4,612 nucleotides of DNA from a virus (taxonomy: Duplodnaviria > Heunggongvirae > Uroviricota > Caudoviricetes), in IMG/VR virus record IMGVR_UViG_2693429700_000015; one strand, given 5' to 3'. Positions 1 through 4,612 of this stretch are shown here, piece after piece; the first letter of the stretch is position 1, and the number at the start of each line of letters is the position of its first letter. The position numbers and the translations under genes were made by a program. Below the pieces are notes generated by a model that was not told the DNA's origin, did no database searches, and worked only from the letters and a program-made list of their open reading frames with translations.

Positions 1-87
1 CTGTGAGTCATATTCATCCTGACTTTCCAGAACCATACGAATCGCCCGCTGACGGACTTCGGGGGAAAAACGAGTATTTTTAGTCAT
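1..87 (-). CDS. IS3-family transposase OrfA, N-terminal part (partial, runs off window start)
   Basis: Reverse-strand translation from the ATG at 87-85 gives [29 protein letters not shown]..., which matches the N-terminal helix-turn-helix region of IS3-family OrfA proteins as I remember them. Not in the ORF track because it is cut by the window edge. Confidence 0.8.
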   Translation of the reverse strand, partial: MTKNTRFSPEVRQRAIRMVLESQDEYDSQ

Positions 88-141
88 CCTGTTTACCTCT
101 TTCTCAGGGAGTTTAGTCTCCAGGATTTCCGGGGCGGTTCA
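1..141 (-). mobile_element. IS3-family insertion sequence, left end (terminal inverted repeat plus start of orfA); element continues beyond the window start
   Basis: Reverse complement of 88-141 reads TGAACCGCCCCGGAAATCCTGGAGACTAAACTCCCTGAGAAAGAGGTAAACAGG followed by ATG: a TGA-starting terminus typical of IS3-family ends, running straight into a transposase orfA start. From memory this resembles IS629/IS1203-like elements; not verified. The element boundary (TG terminus) is at position 141. Confidence 0.8.
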
Positions 142-576
142 TACGTCAGCAAAATAGCGGAAAAGGCCGGGGACTCTCCAGCCAAGTTCATCACTGAAGT
201 TAATAAGCTGAAATCTCAGTCAGGCGGTGAAATTTACAACACTATTTTTTCTGGAAAGCACATGAAAGAGCTTGATGCTCTTCATGAAGTTCTACAGCAA
301 ACAGCAAGGTCAGACACCGCAAATGTAGTAACTCAGACGGGGCAATTGCAAGCCAACAGGATAAGGACGATTGGCGCAACTGCGACCCTTGGTGTATCAC
401 TGGGACTTGAGGCTGGTTTCGGTGCAATCATGCGCTTGTATGAGTCCAAAGCAGCAAGGAATGCTCTCTTACGTCTGGCAAACACCAAAGCAGGAACGCC
501 AGCCTATGAAAGAGCGTTAAGTAACGCTGCAAATGCCGTCAGGCCGCTGTTTGCTACTGAGGCAACACGGCAGTAA
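142..576 (+). pseudogene. 3' fragment of a gene apparently truncated by the IS insertion; product unknown
   Basis: The reading frame of track ORF 262..576 stays open with no stop codon all the way back to the IS boundary at 142 (40 further codons: [47 protein letters not shown]...). No convincing Shine-Dalgarno precedes the ATG at 262. Consistent with the C-terminal 144 codons of a longer gene whose 5' part was separated by the IS. Product not recognised. Confidence 0.45.
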
Positions 577-600
577 CGTATGGGAAATTGGATTCAATCG

Positions 601-990
601 CTAACATTTTCTTTTTACTTTTCCAACAAAAGCTTTGGTTGAATCCATATTTCCATAACCGGAAATGGTTTTTGACATTAAAACTGTTCCAGTAGGATGT
701 ATTACCCATGAGTCGATAACGCGTTGAGTTTCGCCATTCGCGCCGATTCCTATGATGGAGTTTTTAGACAATTCTTTGTAAGCCATGCCGCCCGCATCTG
801 TCCCAGAATATGTGATGCTGGCATCTTCACCGCTTGTCTTAATGATGAATGTTCCACTAAAACCATCTTCTTCCGGATGGAAATTATTTCGCTCTGAATA
901 GCTTATTCCGCGCATATCTCCAACGACCCAGCACTCTGCTGTAGCCCCAAAAGATATGAATAAGAACATAGCAGCAAGAAATTGCTTCAC
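601..990 (-). CDS. hypothetical secreted/periplasmic protein with Sec-type signal peptide
   Basis: 129-aa ORF with GTG start at 990-988 preceded by a strong Shine-Dalgarno (GGAGG at 1000-996, 5-nt spacer). The N-terminus MKQFLAAMFLFISFGATA-E has a basic residue, a hydrophobic core and an A-x-A cleavage motif. The mature protein has one Cys near its N-terminus and one at the extreme C-terminus. Family not recognised. Confidence 0.6.
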   Translation of the reverse strand: MKQFLAAMFLFISFGATAECWVVGDMRGISYSERNNFHPEEDGFSGTFIIKTSGEDASITYSGTDAGGMAYKELSKNSIIGIGANGETQRVIDSWVIHPTGTVLMSKTISGYGNMDSTKAFVGKVKRKC

Positions 991-1052
991 ACCAACCTCC
1001 TTAGTTTTGAGCAGGATACCAGATGATACTTTATTGGTGGAGTGGTGTGTGA

Positions 1053-1227
1053 AAACGTGTCAACGACAAACCATCCACAACTTGGACGAATGATTTAGCA
1101 AAAAGTGCTATTTTTGGTGTTTGGTGTCATAGAAACGTGAATAGCTTACTTTTCAACATTGCATGAAACTTGCAGGAAATGTGACATTACCTTATAGGTA
1201 ACTTCGGCGAAAATGCAGTAAATGTGA
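1053..1227 (+). repeat. recurring AAANGTG(A) motif, at least 5 copies, in the divergent intergenic region
   Basis: AAACGTG at 1053-1059, AAAAGTG at 1101-1107, AAACGTGA at 1133-1140, AAATGTGA at 1177-1184, AAATGTGA at 1220-1227. The last three are spaced 44 and 43 bp apart. Far more copies than expected by chance for a 6-specified-base motif in about 350 bp. Confidence 0.35.
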
Positions 1228-1364
1228 AACGTAATGGTTTAAACATGTCGCTAAAGTGGTTGTAAGTTAGCCTCCGAAGGATTGCTGATAGCTTTGTTAT
1301 AGTATTAAATGACATTTGACATAGTTGGATACTTAGCTGCGGCTATCAAGATGGAGGTATGTTT

Positions 1365-1808
1365 ATGCTCACTTGTTTTGATGTCGCCGACTACTTCTTG
1401 GCGCATTGCGATGAAGAAAGTGGCGACATTATCTCTAACCTAAAAATTCAGAAGTTGACGTATTATGCCCAAGGGTTTTCTCTGGTTCTTCTGGGTAAGC
1501 CGCTATTTAATGAGAAAATTGAAGCCTGGATGCATGGGCCAGTAGTTCCTGAATTGTATCGTAAATATAGGGACTGTGGTAACGGCGCTTTACCTGCGCC
1601 AGAAAACTTTGACGCTAAAAAATTCAGTGAAGATGAAATTGAATTGCTGGATGAGGTGTATAAAGTTTATGGTCAGTTTTCTGCCTGGAAACTGCGCAAT
1701 ATGACTCACGAAGAGCAGCCATGGAAAGATGCTTACATTGAGGGTGCGGTTAGCCAAGAAATCACACTTGATTCTATGAAAGGTTTTTTCAAAACGTTAA
1801 TTAACTGA
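1365..1808 (+). CDS. Panacea-domain (DUF4065; GepA/SocA-like) protein, putative antitoxin of a PanA/PanT-type module
   Basis: The segment KIQKLTYYAQGFSLVLLGKPLFNEKIEAWMHGPVVPELY matches the conserved core of DUF4065/Panacea proteins as I remember it (KLQKL-Y-AQ ... PLF-E-AW-HGPV). Start chosen at ATG 1365 (GGAGG at 1353-1357, 7-nt spacer) rather than the track ATG at 1359, which is only 1 nt after the Shine-Dalgarno. A TTGACA hexamer lies at 1316-1321 inside a tandem TGACAT-T-TGACAT, about 45 bp upstream. Confidence 0.75.
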   Translation: MLTCFDVADYFLAHCDEESGDIISNLKIQKLTYYAQGFSLVLLGKPLFNEKIEAWMHGPVVPELYRKYRDCGNGALPAPENFDAKKFSEDEIELLDEVYKVYGQFSAWKLRNMTHEEQPWKDAYIEGAVSQEITLDSMKGFFKTLIN

Positions 1809-1813
1809 CGTGT

Positions 1814-2236
1814 ATGTCTAGAGTTAAGGGAAGAATAAAACAGAGGGATAAAGAGAGCTCTGCTACTGTTGGCCTCTCTATCCATCACGAATCTCATGAT
1901 GTAGACAAAAGTCCGCCTGTATTTTCTCTTAGATACCTACAAAAGGGGTATTGCCTAGATTGCTGCCAAAAGCATGAAAAGGCAGCATTTGCAGATAGGC
2001 TGTTCAGGTTAAGTCAGATGTCATGGGATGAGATACGAAAATCTGATAAACACGGGCTTGGGACGGAAAAAATTGCCAGAAACGCGATAAAGGCTCCGAT
2101 TCCTAAGCATGTTACTCAAGATGTGGATTTCATTGCGTTCAGATTTTGCTCTAAGGCACCTATGGTTGGTTATAAGATAGGAGCCACTTTTTATGTCTTA
2201 TGGCTCGACAGGGAGTTCAAGCTATACAAGCACTAA
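1814..2236 (+). CDS. hypothetical protein; candidate toxin partner of the upstream Panacea-domain protein (family not recognised)
   Basis: 140-aa ORF starting 5 nt after the Panacea gene stop (operon arrangement) and ending at a strong terminator. No Shine-Dalgarno at the 1814 ATG, so translation would need coupling; an alternative internal start at ATG 2018 (AGGT 8 nt upstream) would give 73 aa. Basic N-terminus, Cys cluster (CLDCCQKH), C-terminus GYKIGATFYVLWLDREFKLYKH. No family recognised from memory. Confidence 0.5.
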   Translation: MSRVKGRIKQRDKESSATVGLSIHHESHDVDKSPPVFSLRYLQKGYCLDCCQKHEKAAFADRLFRLSQMSWDEIRKSDKHGLGTEKIARNAIKAPIPKHVTQDVDFIAFRFCSKAPMVGYKIGATFYVLWLDREFKLYKH

Positions 2237-2237
2237 T

Positions 2238-2263
2238 AAAACCCACCGTCAGGTGGGTTTTTT
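2238..2263. terminator. bidirectional rho-independent terminator shared by convergent genes
   Basis: AAAACCCACC (2238-2247), loop GTCA, GGTGGGTTTT (2252-2261), T-run to 2263: a GC-rich 7-10 bp stem flanked by an A-run upstream and T-run downstream. It sits between the stop of the + strand ORF (2236) and the stop of the - strand ORF (2280). Confidence 0.75.
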
Positions 2264-2279
2264 GTTGGAGATAAAATGG

Positions 2280-2483
2280 TTAACCAAATCGATCCTTAAA
2301 GCGTCTATCGCTGTTGCGTCTCTCCATTTTACTGTTGCAGTACGGACAAAGATGCTGTTTCTTTCCATCGATAGTCCATGTGAAGTACTTTTTCTTAAAT
2401 CCAGCACCACAGATATCGCAACTTCTTGGTTTAAACATGCTGGCTATGAAGACAAGAACAACAAATCCTATGATCCATTCCAT
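2280..2483 (-). CDS. small membrane-anchored zinc-ribbon protein (67 aa), function unknown
   Basis: N-terminal hydrophobic helix (EWIIGFVVLVFIASMF) followed by CxxC...(17 residues)...CxxC (CDICGAG...CPYCNS) and a basic tail. Ends at the bidirectional terminator. Shine-Dalgarno is weak (ACAGG about 10 nt upstream). Confidence 0.5.
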   Translation of the reverse strand: MEWIIGFVVLVFIASMFKPRSCDICGAGFKKKYFTWTIDGKKQHLCPYCNSKMERRNSDRRFKDRFG

Positions 2484-2624
2484 ATCATGTACCTGTTTTA
2501 ACTTTATTTTTTGTTTTTTAGGGATTAATCAGAAACTTTATCTTGCGATTAAGCAAAGCTACTAGCTAACAAAAGAGTGCGTATACAATCAATCGTTTCA
2601 CATCAACCTCAACAAGGAGAAATC

Positions 2625-2810
2625 ATGACCATAGAAGAACGCCTGAACAACATTGAGTTGAACCAAACCCTGCTTGACCAGCGACTTTCAGATCTTGAGC
2701 TTAAAGATCTTGATGCGCAAATATCAGAAGCAGAAGCCAAGCTCTCCAGCCTAAACCACCGCAAGAAGCAAATCCGCAACAGAATTACTCAGGGACGCGG
2801 AAGCTGTTGA
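2625..2810 (+). CDS. small coiled-coil-like hypothetical protein (61 aa)
   Basis: ATG at 2625 preceded by a strong Shine-Dalgarno AAGGAG (2614-2619, 5-nt spacer). Sequence MTIEERLNNIELNQTLLDQRLSDLELKDLDAQISEAEAKLSSLNHRKKQIRNRI has heptad-like Leu/Ile spacing. A TACAAT -10-like hexamer lies at 2584-2589. The track ORF start at 2577 (GTG) lacks a Shine-Dalgarno and would contain this promoter-like element. Confidence 0.5.
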   Translation: MTIEERLNNIELNQTLLDQRLSDLELKDLDAQISEAEAKLSSLNHRKKQIRNRITQGRGSC

Positions 2811-2994
2811 GGTGGGATGCTAGGTCTCTATCGTTAAAATCAAGGCTGCTAATCATTTCATTGTAAATGGCGTTTTTATCTTCCATTGGCAGTCTTGAGT
2901 AAACCAGACACAGAGCATATTTCAGGGAGTTTAGCTCTTTCTCTAGCTCTTCCTTGCTTGACGTTTTTGACTTAATAAACTGTTTTTTATTCAT
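2785..2994 (-). CDS. hypothetical protein (69 aa) translationally coupled to mnt
   Basis: Its start ATG (2994-2992) overlaps the mnt stop in an ATGA arrangement, with AAGGA about 6 nt upstream inside the mnt 3' end. Hydrophilic, no transmembrane segment, family not recognised. Its 3' end overlaps the convergent 2625..2810 ORF by 26 nt. Confidence 0.5.
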   Translation of the reverse strand: MNKKQFIKSKTSSKEELEKELNSLKYALCLVYSRLPMEDKNAIYNEMISSLDFNDRDLASHLNSFRVPE

Positions 2995-3239
2995 TTTGCA
3001 TCCTTACCATACATGGTTTTCAGTGTTTCAAGCAGCGCCTCTTTGAATTTGTCAGCTTCTTGCTGAGCAAATGACTCAACTGACTTTGGCGACCTATCTT
3101 CATCAATCGCGGCTTGCAAAATCATGACGATCTCGGAGTTAACAGAGCGACCATTTTTTGATGCTCTGACAGCAAGAGCCTCGCGCAAAGATTCAGGGAT
3201 TCTTACCGTAGTTGGAGAAATTGACACACCCTTTGCCAT
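2991..3239 (-). CDS. mnt: Mnt-like ribbon-helix-helix repressor (immI region)
   Basis: 82 aa. TTVRIPESLREALAVRASKNGRSVNSEIVMILQAAI is an Arc/MetJ-type RHH motif (beta-strand, G-R-S-x-N-S-E helix). Length and C-terminal helix (FKEALLETLKTMYGK) parallel phage P22 Mnt (83 aa, C-terminus ...VFDTLKDLYKK) as I recall it. Transcribed divergently from the arc-ant pair, as in P22 immI. Confidence 0.8.
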   Translation of the reverse strand: MAKGVSISPTTVRIPESLREALAVRASKNGRSVNSEIVMILQAAIDEDRSPKSVESFAQQEADKFKEALLETLKTMYGKDAK

Positions 3240-3259
3240 AGCACACCTTTGGTATTCAA

Positions 3260-3271
3260 TTTGATATCAAA
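3260..3271. promoter_or_regulatory. 12-bp perfect palindrome TTTGATATCAAA in the mnt/arc divergent control region; candidate operator
   Basis: Perfect dyad symmetry, located 21 bp upstream of the mnt start codon in the 114-bp region separating two RHH repressor genes. RHH dimers and tetramers bind symmetric operators. Confidence 0.4.
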
Positions 3272-3288
3272 GTGTATGCAAAAGAAAT

Positions 3289-3317
3289 TTGACTAGATAT
3301 ACTCACTTTGCTATCTT
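3289..3317 (+). promoter_or_regulatory. putative sigma70 promoter for arc-ant (Pant-like)
   Basis: TTGACT (3289-3294), 17-bp spacer, TATCTT (3312-3317), about 35 bp upstream of the arc Shine-Dalgarno GGAGGG (3344-3349). The spacer contains CTAGATATACTCAC, a possible repressor binding region. Hexamer match is moderate. Confidence 0.35.
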
Positions 3318-3353
3318 TTGTATTCGAAAAGAGTCGTTTGTGCGGAGGGTAAC

Positions 3354-3506
3354 ATGGAGAAAGAAATAAGTAAGATTTTGGTAAGGATGCCGCAGTCGTT
3401 AAAGGACGCTATCGGTAGCAGGGCAAAGGAAGAATGCCGGTCGTTTAACTCGGAAGTGATTAAGCGGTTGATAGACAGCCTGAAGAGAGAGGGGATAACG
3501 GTGTGA
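3354..3506 (+). CDS. arc: Arc-like ribbon-helix-helix repressor
   Basis: 50 aa. ILVRMPQSLKDAIGSRAKEECRSFNSEVIKRLIDSLKREG aligns motif-for-motif with P22 Arc (FNLRWPREVLDLVRKVAEENGRSVNSEIYQRVMESFKKEG) as I recall it. Start at ATG 3354 with GGAGGG 4 nt upstream; the track TTG start at 3318 is rejected. Confidence 0.8.
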   Translation: MEKEISKILVRMPQSLKDAIGSRAKEECRSFNSEVIKRLIDSLKREGITV

Positions 3507-3738
3507 TTCGCTTGGATGCAGTAGTCAAAGAGATTGCGATTACCATTTTAAGACCAAATTTTGTTCATGGCGAATCATTTGGCACGAACGAAAAATTGAG
3601 AAGAGAAAGAGTATTCAGTGGCAAGCGCACATTTTCAGAAGTGATGCTTGATGCGGCAAAGAAATCAAAACAGTGAAGCCCCAACTGCGGTAACAGTCAG
3701 GGCTTCGGTTGTCGGTAAATTCGTGGAGAAAAACCAAC

Positions 3739-4533
3739 ATGAATAGTATAGCAATTTTAGAAGCAGTGAACACCTCTTACGTACCATTCAACGGTCAGCA
3801 AATTATCACCGCCATGGCTGCCGGAGTTGCATATGTTGCGATGAAGCCAATCGTTGAAAACCTTGGAATGAGCTGGTCAACGCAGCAAACAAAACTCATG
3901 AAGCAGATTAGCAAATTCAACTGTGTTCATATGAACATGGTTGCCGCTGATGGGAAGCTTCGTAAGCTACTCTGCCTTCCTTTGAAGAAGTTAAATGGAT
4001 GGCTGTTCAGCATCAACCCCGAGAAAGTTCGAGCTGACATCCGCGATAAACTGATTCAGTACCAGGAAGAATGCTTTACTGTACTGCATGACTACTGGAC
4101 AAAGGGAAAGGCAGAAAATGCACGTAAGAAAACATCTGTTGATGACAGGACTCCGCTTCGTGATGCTGTAAATATGCTAGTCAGCAAAAAGCATCTAATG
4201 TACCCAGAAGCTTATGCAATGATTCATCAGCGTTTCAATGTGGAAAGTATTGAAGAGCTTGATGCATCTCAGATACCGCAAGCCGTAGAGTACATCCACA
4301 GGGTAGTGCTTGAAGGTGAGTTCATCGGCAAACAAGAGAAGAAGCCCAACGGGCTTTCCGCAAAAGAAACAGACATCCTTGTATGGCTGTGGGATTATGC
4401 CAACCGCTCACAGGCATTATTCCGCGAACTGTATCCGGCGCTGAAACAAATTCAATCGAACTATTCCGGCAGATGTCATGACTGCGGTTATGAGTTCTCC
4501 CGTATTATCTGTATTAGCTCAGACCTGATCTGA
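3739..4533 (+). CDS. ant: phage antirepressor (P22 Ant-like, N-terminal P22_AR_N-type domain)
   Basis: [21 protein letters not shown]...[12 protein letters not shown]...[27 protein letters not shown]...[16 protein letters not shown] matches the conserved N-terminal domain of P22-type antirepressors as I remember it. It lies downstream of arc in the same orientation, as in immI. Start taken as ATG 3739 (GGAG at 3725-3728) rather than the track TTG at 3709. Confidence 0.75.
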   Translation: MNSIAILEAVNTSYVPFNGQQIITAMAAGVAYVAMKPIVENLGMSWSTQQTKLMKQISKFNCVHMNMVAADGKLRKLLCLPLKKLNGWLFSINPEKVRADIRDKLIQYQEECFTVLHDYWTKGKAENARKKTSVDDRTPLRDAVNMLVSKKHLMYPEAYAMIHQRFNVESIEELDASQIPQAVEYIHRVVLEGEFIGKQEKKPNGLSAKETDILVWLWDYANRSQALFRELYPALKQIQSNYSGRCHDCGYEFSRIICISSDLI

Positions 4534-4568
4534 CAGTTACCGGTTATTTATACAGGTATCTGTCAGAT
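4528..4568. other. imperfect inverted repeat immediately after ant stop; possible terminator or regulatory hairpin
   Basis: ATCTGACAGTTACC (4528-4541) and GGTATCTGTCAGAT (4555-4568) are reverse complements at 13 of 14 positions, separated by a 13-nt AT-rich spacer. A second small hairpin CAGAT-TAC-ATCTG (4564-4576) follows, and a T-run sits at 4584-4589. The T-run is not directly adjacent to the stem, so terminator function is uncertain. Confidence 0.3.
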
Positions 4569-4612
4569 TACATCTGGCTTAAATTTTTCTCGGCCCAGAT
4601 GCGCTTTCCATC

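Noticed and set aside
242-427. 61-aa ORF on the - strand
   Set aside because: Lies entirely antisense within the longer open frame of the truncated gene (142..576) and has no ribosome binding site; most likely a shadow ORF.
1177-1200. Full CRP binding site at AAATGTGACATTACCTTATAGGTA
   Set aside because: Only the TGTGA half-site is present; the expected TCACA partner 6 bp downstream is absent, so I report the repeats only as an unexplained motif.
2193-2501. 102-aa ORF on the + strand
   Set aside because: Starts inside the 1814..2236 ORF in another frame, reads through the strong terminator hairpin at 2238-2263 and is antisense to the better-supported zinc-ribbon ORF; unlikely to be real.
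2314-2565. 83-aa ORF on the + strand
   Set aside because: Antisense to the zinc-ribbon ORF, low-complexity hydrophobic translation, no Shine-Dalgarno; likely a shadow ORF in AT-rich sequence.
2577-2624. Upstream extension of the coiled-coil ORF to the GTG start given in the track
   Set aside because: No Shine-Dalgarno before 2577, whereas the in-frame ATG at 2625 has a strong AAGGAG at ideal spacing, and a -10-like TACAAT (2584-2589) would fall inside the extension.
3318-3353. Track start (TTG) for the arc ORF
   Set aside because: The in-frame ATG at 3354 has a GGAGGG Shine-Dalgarno and gives a 50-aa protein matching the length of Arc; the TTG start would place the putative promoter -10 inside the coding sequence.
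3709-3738. Track start (TTG) for the ant ORF
   Set aside because: The ATG at 3739 is preceded by GGAG and begins the conserved [11 protein letters not shown]-terminus; the TTG extension has no support.
1-4612. CRISPR arrays, tRNA or rRNA genes
   Set aside because: No regularly spaced direct repeats of 25-40 bp and no sequence resembling tRNA acceptor and T-arm features were seen on reading the window; none called.

Overview
This window reads as a prophage accessory region lying between an IS3-family insertion sequence (left edge) and a P22-type immI immunity module (mnt, then divergent arc and ant, right third). Between them sit a gene fragment apparently truncated by the IS, a divergently transcribed secreted protein, a two-gene operon encoding a Panacea-domain (DUF4065) putative antitoxin followed by an unrecognised 140-aa candidate toxin, a bidirectional terminator, and three small genes of unknown function (a membrane zinc-ribbon protein, a coiled-coil protein, and a protein translationally coupled to mnt). 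The Panacea operon is the best candidate for an undescribed toxin-antitoxin or defence pair. All calls rest on reading the sequence and the ORF track and on remembered protein families; no database search, alignment or structure prediction was run, so family assignments are recollection-based and all functions are untested.
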